A model generated the notes under the pieces. It searched no databases, was not told where the DNA came from, and saw only the letters and a program-made list of their open reading frames with translations. DNA of 64,000 bases from Chiloscyllium plagiosum. Lineage: Eukaryota. Location of the stretch: NCBI RefSeq assembly GCF_004010195.1, contig NC_057719.1, positions 70,606,692 through 70,670,691 of the forward strand, in the 5' to 3' direction. A program made the position numbers and the translations under genes. Position 1 is the first letter of the stretch. The number at the start of each line of letters is the position of its first letter. Shown in pieces: positions 25,288 through 38,460 of this stretch.

Positions 25288-28200
25288 TCTCACACTGGGC
25301 CGCTGACAGAAAGCCACACCAGGCTGCCGTGAGATTGCCACTCCAGATCTGTGCTGCTGCTAAGCCTGTGCTGAGACCGGGAGTTTGGGACATTGCTGAG
25401 AAGGAAGAAGGAAGAGAAAACACGAAAAGAAAAATCATTTTAAGGAGAAACAGACAGAATGGATGAGCTCCGGCTGGACAGTTCTATTTCACCACCATCT
25501 TGAAAGGAGAAGTAGTAGGAATATTCACATAATGATATATCTATAGAGTTCCCTGCTCTGAGCTGCGTTATTCTTTTCCAAATTATTTTTTACATCCTTC
25601 ATTTATAGTACGTGGACATCACTGGCCAGCCAGCACTTTTTCCCATCCCTAGTTGCCCTTGAGGAGGTGGTGGTGAGCTGATTCTTGAACCGCTGCAGTC
25701 CACCTGCTGTGGGTCAACCCACAATATTCATCAGGACAGAATTCCAGGATTTTGATCCAGCAACTGTGAAAGAATGGCAATATATTTCCAAGTCAGTTCC
25801 AATAGTCTTGTAGAGTCTCTACCACATGGCTTCTCATGTCACAGTTTCAGCACAGCATAACTCAGTGGCTCAGCTATACATTCAATTGACCTTCTATGTA
25901 TAGATATTACAGGTAAGAAACTACAGTTATATAAAAAGACCAATGAAGCAGGGATTTTTCTCAGTGAAGTTAACAAGGATGTGGGGGGGCATGTATAGGT
26001 ATATTGGAAGTTAAGGTGATTTGATTGGGCTAGCAGTGTTAAACTGTTTCCACTGATTGGAAAGCCGTAACCAAAGACACAAATTTTAAGTCAGGTGGAA
26101 AAAGAATCGGGGCAAAAGAAGTGATTTGTTATAGTCCGGAATCCAAAGCCTGACAGTGATAAAAGTTATTTGCAATAGTGAATTGGATAAATCTTTGAAA
26201 ATGTAAAACTTGCAGGACAATAGGAAAAGATTGGAGGAGTGGGCTAATCAGATTGTTTATTTGTTTTCTTTCAAATTCTTCTTGAGTACTCCACACACAG
26301 TGCAATCCACAGCATAATAACAAGGGCAAGGAGATGGGTCCTGAATTCGATTCAGACAAAATGTGGGTCAAACCTCATGCTTTTGGAAGCATCAAACTGA
26401 TACACACTGGCCATAAGTCAAGCAGTCCAGGTTGTTGTGGCACCAAATTATTTTACAGCATGATGTGACCTCAAGCTATGTATAGCGATGATAGAGGCTC
26501 CAATTTCTTTCTATCCCATAACTGAGCAGGAATCGCTTCTGCTCTTACCACCTACCATTGGCATAAGCTGGAAGGATGTATGAGGTTGTTGGCTACACTT
26601 ATCCTTATCTGTTGAGTCCTGGAGTGGGACCTGATTCCAGATGTTCTAGCTCAAAGATAGGGATACTGTCCACTGTGTTAAAAGCCTTCCTGTTCTTAAA
26701 AATAACCAGAGCTGAATAGTCTTGTTCTGCGTGATACATGTTTCAATAAACCCAAAGTTACAGATATGACAAAAATGTAAACCAAATTTAAAAATTAGTA
26801 CATTAAAATGGTCTCCTTGAATAATGAAGTTCAAAGCCAAAGCATTAAATCAGAACCTTTCTCTGAACTCAAAACATGACTTGTGCCTTTTAGCATTTCT
26901 CACTCATTTCACTTGCTCCACAAAAAGGCAACGTTTTCAGTGGGACAGTAGACTGATTTGCTTTCCAATTCTTCTCTAGATACAGGCCAGCAAACTATGA
27001 GAAACTAGTCCAAATGCTTTTTCACTCTTCAGAGTGACATTTCTTCAATAAATTTTTCAGTTTGTTTGCAGGATTTCACATTTAATTGCTAACATTTTTT
27101 ATTGTAAAATACCAGACACAAGACATATTTATGCTGATCAATAGATCTTTATTGTCCTTGTCACAGGCACCATGCTGTAAAATTCCAACGTGATTGTTTC
27201 TCATGATTATACTGAGCATCAAAACCATGCAATTCAATAGGTTAGAGGAGAATTCTGTGAAGGGAAATTGAGAAAAGCAATGAGTTACTGCAATTGCTTT
27301 TGGTGGTGAAAGACCACAACAAAATTTATTATAAAATAACAGAATGCTGACATCTATTTCATGAAAAATACCCTTGGGATTTGTTGTTAACCTCTCTCAC
27401 TTTTATAAAGTAAGATCACAAATGCCCTATTAAAATACTCAACTTATCGGTCAATTTATTTGTAATCTTACTGCCTTGAGTGTTATTAGTTACTCTTTAT
27501 TATTGTTGAAAAGCATTATAATCATCTTGCAATGCATCTCAGCAAAGTCTTCTTCTGTAAGAGGTTAGCAGGTCCTTACTGTCACATGAGTGAACGATAC
27601 TAAGATAGGATATATCAGGGGAAGCACAAAAATGATAAACTTCAAAAGACAACAAAGAAACCATTCATGTTCCCAGCCACCCAAACCACTAGTGCACTAT
27701 TCCCCATCTGAGTCAGGGTGGCTCTGATTCATTGTGTTCCTCTTAGCAGTTCACCCCTTTTTCTCCCATGCTGCATCATCTCCTTCCACCTTGTATGTCA
27801 AGTCTCCCCCTTTCATAATTGTTATCGCCTCTACATCCCCACAATTAAGATCCCAAGCTTCCCTCCCTGATTTTTAGTCGGCAGATCTCCATTAGTGAAA
27901 TGGACTACCCACTTGGCTGGCTCGGATGGACAGTGTTGATTGATGAGTGACCAAGCCCCTGACTATCTCTGTGCAGCTCCCCAATTGACTTACCGCGACT
28001 CCCCAGACTGGTGGCACTCCACCAATAAGGCTGGCCATAGCCCACTGTCCGGACCATCACAGCAGCAGACCAACCGTGTTCAAGGTCATGGATTGATATT
28101 GAAGGCTGCCTTTGACTTGCTGTGTTGGGCTCCCTGATGGAAGGCTGCCTCCCTTGACTTAACTAATGACTACTTAAACTTTGAGACATGCCTGTTTCTT

Positions 28201-29035
28201 TGAAGCACATGCAGTGTGTTTGCTGCATAAGCTGCTGGCACATGGTGCAAGTGTGAGACTGAGGTGATAATATGTCATACAGCAACACATCCATCTCCTT
28301 CCAGATCACTGCTAATAACCAGGACAAACTGCCTGGCTTTATATCAGCACTAAAAGATCAGACAAAAGTACTGTGACAGTTTAAATTCTGGCTGAGGGGG
28401 AGAAGTGCAAAAAACCAAGACAAGGTAGAAAAGGAAGAGCTGCTGTGAGCATCCGTGTAAGTGCAAAGTGAACAAGCAACAAGAAAGCAAGCCTTGAGAT
28501 GCAGCCTGGTCCGATCCAAGAGCTGTGTACCTGCCCCTCTGCACTGTGTGTCCTGATAGCAGCATTCCAATAAAAGTTGCCAGTCTGCTCCATAGGGCAA
28601 CACTGACATTCTGAAATGGATCAGAGATGTGAACAAACTGATATATGTCCAATGCCAACTTTTGTGAATGGGTTGCTGTGGGTGTTAGCTGTCCATCAAG
28701 GGTGCACTGAGATATTGGTGACTGCTGTCTAAAATGGACGCCTGAAGAAGCAAGAGGTAAGCTGAGTTACCAGGTAACTGTTCTGATTCCACATCAGGAA
28801 CTGTCACCATCTAGCTTCTATCTGCTGGGTTAGAGAATTGGAAACTACACAAAAATGAGACAAGGTTAGATATTCGTGACATGCTAGTGCACGTAAATCC
28901 ATACAAATTGACTGTTTCTGCTCAAAGTTCTCATCTCACTACTCAACTCTTGGCTGGAGAATTGAACTTTTCAATCTCAATAGCTAGAATCTTATTATTG
29001 GTAATTTCATTCTAGTTTCCCAACTTTCTCACCAA

Positions 29036-30281
29036 TGGGAAATCATGTCTCACAAACTTGATTGAGTTTTTTGAGGAAGTAACAAAGAGGATTGATGAGA
29101 GCAAAGTGGTAGATGTGATCTATATGGACTTCAGTAAGGCGTTCAACAAGGTTCCCCGTGGGAGACTGATTAGCAAGTTTAGATCTCACGGAATACAGGG
29201 AGAACTAGCCATATGGATACAGAACTGGCTCAAAGGTAGAAGACAGAGGGTGGTGGTGGAGGATTGTTTTTCAGACTGGAGGCCTGTAACCAGTGGAGTA
29301 CCACAAGGATCGGTGCTGGGTCCTCTACCTTTTGTCATTTACATAAATGATTTGGATGCGAGCATAAGAGGTACAGTTAGTAAGTTTGCAGATGACACCA
29401 CAGTGAAGAGGGTTACCTCAGATCACAACAGGATCTTGACCACATGAGCCAATGGGCTGAGAAGTGGCAGATGGAGTTTAACTCAGATAAATGCGAGATG
29501 CTGCATTTTGGGAAAGCAAATCTTAGCAGGACTTCTACACTTAATGGTAAGTTCCTAAGGAGTGTTGCTGAACAAAGAGAGTTGGAGTGCAGGTTCAGAG
29601 CTCCTTGAAAGTGGAGTTGCAGGTCAATAGGATAGTGAAGAAGGCGTGTGGTATGCTTTCCTTTATTGGTCAGAGTAGTGAGTACATGAGCTGGGAGGTC
29701 ACGTTGTGTCTGTACAGGACATTGGTTAGGCCACTGTTGGAATATTGTGTGCAATTCTGGTCTCCTTCCTATCAGAAAGATGTTGTGAAACTTGAAAGGG
29801 TTCAGAAAAGATTTCCAAGGATGTTGCCAGGGTTGGAGGATTTGAGCTATAGGGAGAGGCTGAACCCGCTGGGGTTGTTTTCCCTGGAGCGTCGAGCCTG
29901 AGGGGTGACCTTATAGAGATTTACAAAATCATGAGGGGCATGGATACGGTAAATAGGCAAAGTCTTTTCCGTGGGGTTGGTGAGTCCAGAACTAGAGGGC
30001 ATAGTTTTAGGGTGAGAGGGGAAAGATATAAAAGAGACCTAAGAGGCAACGTTTTCACATAGAGGGTGGTACGTGTATGGAATGAGCTGCCAGAGGAAGT
30101 GATGGAGGCTGGTACAACATCTAAGAGGCATTTGGATGGGTATATAAATATTAAGGGTTTGGAGGGATATGGGCTGGGTTCTGGCAGACGGGATTAGATT
30201 GGGTTGGGATATCTGGTCAGCATAGATGGGTTGGACCGAAGGGTCTGTTTCCATGCTGTACATCTCTATGACTATGACTCT
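29036..30281 (+). mobile_element. 5'-truncated CR1 (HER1-like) LINE
   Basis: [28 protein letters not shown] and RPLLEYCVQFWSP. Ends in a ctatgactatgactcta tail. Confidence 0.93.
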
Positions 30282-30782
30282 AATGTCCATGTCATTTCGG
30301 AACTTGGAGATTCAGGCTATAATTTCCAAGAAGGTATGTAATCCAGTGGCTAACAGGTCACCTGTGGTGTTAACAGATGAAATGCTTATACAGCTGTGTT
30401 TATGACATAGAAAAACAAACCAGAGGTCAATAATTTATTCTGACATCAGTTTAGCAGTGTCAAGTTTTCAGTTCAGAAGAGAGTTTCACCATAGCAGAAG
30501 AGTTTTAGCTTGTGAAGCCTTCAAGCTTTGACAGTTTTTGTAAACAAGTTACCTATTTGTCAGAACTGAAAAGAGGTTTAGTTTATCAAAATTGAACAAG
30601 GTTCAGGCTCGCAGACATGGGAAGTAGTCACAAATCTTCTCAGCAATTCAAGGAGGAGGACTAAAAGGCATCTATCAAGTCAGAACTTAGAGCTGAATTA
30701 AGAGCGATCTTTCTCTGAGATTGAGTATCTGTAAAGGATATTGCAGACAAATATTACACGTTATTTATGTTCAGCTTTTAGT

Positions 30783-31099
30783 GGGTGGCATGGTGGCACA
30801 GTGGTTAGCACTGCTGCCTCACAGTGCCAGAGATTTGGGTTCAATTCCCGCCTCAGGCAACTGTCTGTGTGGAGTTTGCACATTCTCCCCGTGTCTGCGT
30901 GGGTTTCCTTTGAGTGCTCCGGTTTCCTCCCACAGTCCAAAAATGTGCAGGTTAGGTGAATTGGCCAAGCTAAATTTTCCGTAGTGTTAGGTGAAGGGGT
31001 AAATATAGGGGAATGGGTCTGGGTGGGTTGCTCTTCGGAGGATCAGTGTGGACTCGTTGGGCTGAAGGGTCTGTTTCCACACTGTAAGTAATGTAATCT
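30783..31099 (+). mobile_element. tRNA-derived SINE (HE1-like)
   Basis: ggtggcatggtggcacagtggttagc...ggttcaattcc head, conserved core and taatct tail. Confidence 0.92.
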
Positions 31100-31360
31100 T
31101 ATATATGTATTTGGCTGACCATTTGAATGTGGCTAGTGGAGTGACATATGTGATATGGATCACTCCCCACTTGTTGCATACATCTTGAAGGAGTTTACTA
31201 CTGTGCTGCAGTCTGTTATCAGACACTAATTGATACTGGACTGTGATCAAGCTGAAAATTGCACTCATTGTATCAATGGAAGTTTATTGTGTTATTCAGC
31301 CATCAATTTTTACAGAATTTTGAGAAGTAATCATACACAATGAAGGGGTGAACGAGAGAT

Positions 31361-31560
31361 TATAGAACATAGAACAATACAGCGCAGAACAGGCCCTTTG
31401 GTCCTCGATGTTGTGCTGACCTGTGAACTATTCTCAGCTCGTCCCCTACACTATCCCAAAATCATCCATGTGCTTATCTAAGGATTGTTTAAATCTCCCT
31501 AATGTGGCTGAGTTGACTACATTAGCAGGTAGGGCATTCCACGCCCTGACCACGCTATGT
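31361..31560 (-). mobile_element. CR1 LINE 3' end
   Basis: Inverted tail tagaacatagaacaatacagcgcagaacaggccc, followed by gggcattccacgccctgaccac. Confidence 0.8.
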
Positions 31561-32355
31561 GAATATAGAAGTTCCCTCAGCTGCTGGAGTTGATATGGTT
31601 TTATGCCTCACATACATTCATGAGTTGTTGAATATCCTGATTCATCCTGGGCTCATATGAAGATTCATTTGCTAGCCATTGATGCAATCAATACTCATGT
31701 GTCCCAGGTGCAACATAAACATATTAACTTAGTGTAATGCTTTTGGTGTGAAGACTTGTTACCCTTGAGAATGACTTATTATCATGTACTAATGTCATCT
31801 CTGTATGGCCAAAAGGAACAAACATTTTCAGATATTTTTTAAAATACTAGCAGGCCACCTTTAATAAAGATCTTCTGTATCTGCTCTCGTCATTTATCTT
31901 TGATAGTTACCGATTGCAATGGTTCACACTGGCTCTGATTAAAGTGTAACAGAGCAAGCTTGACAATGTCTTCAATGTCTTCAAGAACATCAATGTGTAG
32001 ATCGAGGAATATGTTTCTCTTTGTGCAAGTTCAGTAATCTGTTCAATATGCTGGACATTATCATCCTGAAATCTGATCTCTCCCACCTCAGGTCATTTTG
32101 TACACCTTCATAAGTAGATACTGCAAGTGTGATGGGTCACTAATTAGCAATTTATGACAAATCATTTCTAATGGTTTATGATCTGAATTCTTGCCAAATA
32201 AGTATATGTAACACTGCATCATCCAAATACCCGAGATCAGGTCTTGCACTCTATCTTGGAATAGCTGGCTTGCACAGATGGCAGGGTTTTCAAACAAAAA
32301 GCAATTATCATACAAATGCCTATGCCTTTCTGTAATACAGTTAAAAAACCACACA

Positions 32356-32645
32356 AGATTAGATTACCTACATTGTGGAAACTGGCCATTTGGCCCAACA
32401 AGTCCACACCGGCCCTCCTAAGACCCATTCCCCTACCCTATGTTAACCCCTGACTAATGGACCTAACACTATGGGCAATTCAACATGGCCAATTCACCTA
32501 ACCTACACATCTTTGGGCTGTGGGCGGAAACCCACACAGACATGGGATGAATGTACAAACTTCACAAAGACAGTCACCTGAGGTGGGAATAGAACCCGGG
32601 TCCCTGGCACTGTGTGGCAACAATGCTAACCACTAAGCCACCATG
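32356..32645 (-). mobile_element. tRNA-derived SINE (HE1-like)
   Basis: Same head, core and tail as the other copies. Confidence 0.88.
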
Positions 32646-32993
32646 TTATAATCCAACAGGTTTATTTGGAAGTAGTAGCTTTCAGAGCGCTGCTCCTTCA
32701 TCAGGTAGCTGTGGAGCAGGATCACAAGACACAGAATTTATAGTAAAAAATCAAAGTGCCATGCACTTGAAGCAATATATTGAACAAACATGCTCATGCA
32801 GACCTTCTCTCATATACTCGCTGTCTCAGACTCACACACACACATCCCCCTATGCACACCCATGCACACACTCTCTCACAGTCTCATACTCTGTTGCACT
32901 CACGCACACACTCTACCAAGCACGTGCACACACAAACACACACTCTGTCATGTGCACTGACACTCACATGCATACACTCACACTCTTTTTCTG

Positions 32994-33040
<47 letters not shown>

Positions 33041-33574
33041 GTTATATGTCTATGGAGTGAATTTTCATTTGCAGAAATGTATTTACAGGTACATTCTATT
33101 TTTGCTCAAAAAGCACAGAACCTGAAGGCAGTCAATGCAGTCAGACAATGCATATAGCATTTTATAAATTCTTTCTTTTGAAATAGAACCAGTCTGACTC
33201 AAGATTTGGATACAGACAGACTCTAACCTCACACCTTTAATACATAATATGAGCTGTCGCCTTTTTTTAATAAAAGCTTAAATTATCTTGAGAATATGGC
33301 TTAAAAGAAGTTCTGGGGTTCACATATTAATGAACCGAAACCTGCAACCCATTCTAAGAGATTAAAGACTTCACAGCAATCTAGGTTTGTCCAATATATC
33401 ATTTCAATTGCATGACATTGTGATCTTTTGCTATAAATTCTGTGTGATATCATCCTGATGAAAGGGCAGCACTCCAAAAGCTCGTACTTCCAAATAAACC
33501 TGTTGGAATATACCCTTGTGTTGTGTGATTTTTAACTTTGTCCACCCCAGTCCAACACCAGCACCTTCACATCA
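32645..33574 (+). mobile_element. Non-coding PLE-derived element with inverted arms (32645-32789 / 33385-33514), each carrying a hammerhead-like core, around a CA/CT microsatellite
   Basis: The left arm reverse complement reads ...acCTGATGAaggagcagcgctctGAAAgcta...caaataaacctgttgga. It matches the right arm catcCTGATGAaagggcagcactccaaaagctc...caaataaacctgttgga. Confidence 0.75.
32828..33040. repeat. Compound (CA)n/(CT)n microsatellite
   Basis: Seen directly in the sequence. Confidence 0.9.
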
Positions 33575-33857
33575 TTTTTGTAATATACCCACTTGGAGAA
33601 TCAATCCTTCCTTATAATAAGTAAGATTTTGCTGACAGAACTTGGTTGCAAGAATCAGAATACAGGGTGTCTTGCAACACATAGGGGATGTCCATTTTGA
33701 GCAAATCTAGAAGCCGAGATGCCTTTTCCACAAAGTTAGGAAAGTATGGCAAGAGAAGATTTAAAGATCTGAAACTATGTTGCAGTTCCTCTTTATGTTA
33801 TGGAGTTGCCATTTGTTTAACATCTCTCATCATCTTGGATTAAGATGGAGTTTATCT

Positions 33858-34135
33858 AGCTGAGGGCATAAGTTTAAGGTGAGAGGGGAAAGATATAAAA
33901 GAGACCCAAGGGGCAACGTTTTCACGCAGAGGGTGGTACGTGTATGGAAGGTGGTGGAGGCTGGTACAATTGCAACATTTAAGAAGCATTTGGATGGGTA
34001 TATGAATAGGAACTGTTTGGAGGGATATGGGCCGGGTGCTGGCAGGTGGGACTAGATTGGGTTGGGATATCAGGTCGGCATGGATGGGTTGGACTGAAGG
34101 GTCTGTTTCCATGTTGTACATCACTATGACTCTAT
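33858..34135 (+). mobile_element. CR1 LINE 3' end
   Basis: Near-identical to 29995-30281. Confidence 0.88.
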
Positions 34136-34164
34136 ATTGACCTAGCACTTCATATTGTTAGATA

Positions 34165-35030
34165 CTATCCTTTAACTTCAGCCAGCCAATGTATTACATT
34201 CACAAATTGAAAAGCCCATTCATCCTCTGGTTGGAAGATGTATCCCTCTGGGTCTTTACTAAAGTCTGGCTTGCTGTGAATGTCATGTGTCAACTTACAT
34301 TTATTCAAGTCTCTAGAGCATCTGTTGCTGCTGTTACTAAACTGCTGCATCTGTCATCTATTTGGTTGTTATAACCTCTGGCTTCATCTTTGGAGGCAGG
34401 TTTCTTGAATAGATGGGTTAGTACACATTCTTGTGCAGATTTTGGGATGCTGGACAGCTTGGCAGTGAGTGTGATAGACCACAGCTTGCTTTTTGTTTTC
34501 TGACAACAGTGTCCATACTGTTTGCTGCACCTAATGTTCGCAGGTGTTGATGTCTGGCTACAATGACTTTATATTTACTGCCATCTGCTAGCAGTGAATC
34601 AATGCTGTGACCTTTTCTTTTTTCTCGAAAAGGTTTTTTTTGGCATATTTTGACAAGTGTGGAGGCAATCAGTAACTCCATTATCCACTCTGACAGTTCA
34701 GTTTCTGAAAAGTTCCATGAATTGCTCTTGTTACAGCATCTATTGACAAATTAATCTATTGATTCCTGTGGCTTTAGATAGTAGGACATCAATTCTAATT
34801 GACATTAATTATTCCAGTTTCAGTAATTTTTGAAGGCATCTTTTAGGTGAAAGGCTGAAGTGTCTTGAAACTTGGCATACTTAACAGTGCCATCTCTCTT
34901 TAAACATATTTAGTGGAGCTAAACTACAGTTTGTATATTGGTGACCTTCCTTTTTATACCATTTTGCTCCATCTCATTCTTTTCTGATCAAAGTTTCTCC
35001 TGAATGCACGCCGCAATTCATTGAAGAAAC
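34165..35030 (-). mobile_element. Degenerate Gypsy-like gag remnant
   Basis: ELLIAST...KGHSIDSLLADG.KY...CGLSH..PSCPA (knuckle-like). Homologous to the plus-strand copy at 36480-37280. Confidence 0.6.
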
Positions 35031-35483
35031 AATAAATTAGATTGTTTCGTTGTTAAAAATGATCTAAAAAATGATCAATAATGGTCAAATTTGTGTAGAT
35101 ATAGCTCCTTGAGATTATTGACTGATTTAATTGCACAATATGCCATCTGCGATACTGCCAAGAATGTGCATACTGTTAGTCCGGCCACTGCTGGACCATT
35201 GTTATCTACCAGGCCGAAGATTTTGAGAAACCAAGGGAGTTTGCATTTTGGCACTGCAGTGTGAATCTGCCCAGACATGGAATCAGTGACCTGTTATACA
35301 CTGAGACTGTGTCTCTTGTGGGCAGTACCACCTGCTGAGGTTCATGTGCTTCATGGGATATGTTGGCAACAAGCTCCCATGACACTTTCAGCTTGTAGTT
35401 TTTATCATCTGCCTTTTACGACAAACCTTGCTGACAGATTTGTGATGCTGTGCTATTCTGGTGGTTGATTAGATTATTTTTCG

Positions 35484-35775
35484 ATTAGATTCCCTACAGT
35501 GTAGAAACAGGCCCTTCAGCCCAACAAGTGCACACCGACCCTCCAAAGAGCAACCCAGCCCCCTCTGACTAGTGCACCTAACACTATGGGCAATTTAGCA
35601 TGGACAATTCACCTGACCTGCACATCTTTGGACTGTGATAGGAAACCGGAGCACCCGGAGGAAACCCACACAGACACTGGGAGAATGCGCAAAATCCACA
35701 CAGACAGTCGCCTGAGGCTGGAATCAAACCTGGGTCCCTGTGAGGCAGCAGTGCTAACCACTGAACCACCATGCC
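35484..35775 (-). mobile_element. tRNA-derived SINE (HE1-like)
   Basis: Same head, core and tail as the other copies. Confidence 0.92.
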
Positions 35776-36479
35776 TTCATGGTCACCTGAGTGTTTTTCA
35801 CATGCTCAGTTTGACCTTTGGAACCAGGTTTCCTATGTATGTGTGCCCTGTGTGTGAAATTTCCCTCGTTCTGCATGCTTCACAGGAAAAGCTGGACATC
35901 TTTTGGGTAGGTACAACAAATCACAACTGTTACAAGTTTTGTTGGTTTGATGCACTTTGTTAACCATAATTAACTGCAACTAAAGCCTGTAATTGTTATT
36001 GTCTTATCACTATCACTTCATACTTGTATCTATCCTCAAGTAATGCATCAATGGCATTGCCCCTTATCAAACCCTCAAAAAAGCCTCTGTGCAGAGGCAT
36101 TCACCAACTTTGCAAAGACTTCCTGCTTCTACTTTGGAAAAGTCAGACCCATGAAATTTGCCTCTTTGGTGTTTGAATTTAAAAGTGCTTTCTCCTAGTT
36201 CAGCATGGGATCGCTCCCTACTGCCATTCAAATTTGAAATAGCCTCTAGATAGGGAGGGTTTGAAATAGATGACTGCTTGAATAAATCTGGCCAACTTAG
36301 AGATACGCACATAGAGCAAGCAGTTGTAAAGCTGATTAGACAAGTTAGGAATGCGCTGATAGAAGTAGGTAATGAGTGGTTGCACAGAATTAATCCTTCA
36401 GGCTGATCTGAAGGAGACCAGAACTGCCCAAAGAGCTAGAAGATCAGCTGCATCTAAGAGTCAACCTTAGAATTCATAA

Positions 36480-38460
36480 TTTCAAAATAATGCCCTACTG
36501 TCAAAAGCCACAGGAATCAGATGATTAATTTGTCAATAGATGCTGTAACAACAGCAATGGATACAATATTTCCAAAGCTGCTAATGGAGTTGGTGATTGT
36601 CTCAACACTTATCAAAGTGTGCCAAGAAAATCTGTTGGAAAAAGGAAAGGTCACAGTATTCATTTACTACGAGCAAATGCCAGAAATTACAAAGCCATGG
36701 CAACCAAACAACAACGTCTGCAAACGTTTGGCTGCAACAAACAGTATGGACATTGTAGTCAAAACACAGAAAGCAAGTGCAGTAAGTGTGGTCTATCAAA
36801 CCTGTCTCGCATTCCAAGACTTGTGCAAGGTATGGCGTATGAAAGGATGCTGACCCATCTATGCAAGACCCATCTTCTGTTCATCTGTCTCCAAAGATGT
36901 GGTCAGAAGCTACAAGTGACAACTGAACAGAAAACAGGTGCAGCAGAATGCACGCACCAGAAATTTGTGTATTTACAAGCTCACACAAGATGTTCACACT
37001 AAAACAGACTTGAGTCAAGACTGAGACTGGCATATCTTCCAACAGATAATGAATGTAGCCTATTATCGGAATGACTAGTTAACTAGAAAGTGTTGCCGCA
37101 ATCAACATAATGTCCCCAATGAAAGCTGGTAAATGCACATTCAAAACCAATATTGTCACAGGAGCGAGTGCAAATATCATATCAGTCCTTGTATTGAGGA
37201 ACATGTACCAGAATTGTTGGATCTCAATGGTACAACAGATAGCCATAAATGTTACTGCCTACAATGTGTCACCAATCCATTGCATTGACATGGAAAAAGT
37301 GAGGACTGCAGATGCTGGAGATCAAAGTCAAAAAGTGTGGTTTTGGAAAAGCACAGCAAGTCAGGCAGCATCCAAGGAGCAAGACAGTTGATGTTTCAAG
37401 CATGAGCTCTTCATCAGGAATGGGCGGGGGGGGGAAGCAAGAGGGCTGAGAGATAAATAGGATGTGAAAGGATCCTCCATACACGTCATCTACTATGTCT
37501 AATGCTCTCCTCTACATCGGGGAGACAGAACGCCAACTTACAGAACATTTCAGAGAACATATCTGGGACACAGATTAAACAATCCCACTGCCCTGTGGCC
37601 AAACACTTCAACTCCCACATCCCACTATGCCAAGGACATGCAAGTCCTTGGCCTCATCCATCTGATGCCTGGAGGAAGAACGCCTTATCTTCCGTCTTGT
37701 GGCCCTCCAAACACATGAGATCAATATTGATTTCACCAGCTTCCTCATTTCCCCTGCACCCACCTTATTCCAGATTCAACCCTCCAACTCTGCACCGTCT
37801 TCTTAAACTGTCCTACCTGTCCAATCCCTGCCCACCTATCTGCTCCACCCTCCTCTCCGACCTATCACCTTCACCCCCACCTTCATCTACCTATCACATT
37901 CCCAGCTACCTTCCCCTGAGCCCCAGTCCCCTCCCATTTATCTCTCAGACCCCTTGAGCCTTCCCCACATGTCCCTGATGAAGAGCTTATGCTTGAGTCT
38001 CCTGCTCCTTGGATGCTGCCTGACCTGCTGTGCTTTTCCAGCGCCATACTTTTTGACATTGCATTGATAGACCAATAATTCAATACAGCTAAAGCAAGAC
38101 ATCATAGAAACCACAAATACCTTTTTGAGCAGATGGAAGTGGGCCAATGGTGGCAGGTTTACCCGTATATCCAGCTCGCAACATTGTAACTATGATTGAC
38201 ATCGCCGTGGTACCCATGTTGACAGAGGAGCCATTGATCCAGTCCAGGACTTATAAGAATTTTACATGGACAAGTTCAACATCATAGAAAGTTTAAAATA
38301 CAATGCTGTATTGCACCTCTGGGAAGATACAATTGTATCAGTTGACCTTCCCAAAAAGTGCAGTCATCATATACAATAAAGTTTAAGCACAAGTTGAATC
38401 ACATGGAATGTTTGTAGCAAATATATTGAGTGCCATATTCTGCCTGTTTGGTGCATCTGA
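36480..38460 (+). mobile_element. Degenerate Gypsy-like gag-protease remnant interrupted by a PLE insertion
   Basis: Gag-like CSKCGLS and protease-like KTNIVTGASANII (cf. DTGA). Resumes after 38057. Confidence 0.6.
37289..38056 (+). mobile_element. 5'-truncated Penelope-like element (GIY-YIG) with an inverted terminal copy and an 11-bp TSD
   Basis: HVIYY...LYIGETERQL.EHFREH...PVAKHFNS. 37292-37462 is an inverted copy of the 3' terminal repeat. CATTGCATTGA flanks it at 37278-37288 and 38057-38067. Confidence 0.88.

Noticed and set aside
24831..25466. Overlapping repetitive ORFs (HHARPGD, VVSRPG) and a possible CRISPR-like array
   Set aside because: These are by-products of a stop-free 21-bp tandem repeat. 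There are no unique spacers and no cas genes, and the DNA is eukaryotic.
30783..30860. tRNA gene candidates at SINE heads (also 58219, 35700, 38829)
   Set aside because: The A/B boxes continue into SINE core and tail sequence, so they are not true tRNA genes.
32614..33157. Thr/His-rich ORFs
   Set aside because: They are translations of the CA/CT microsatellite.
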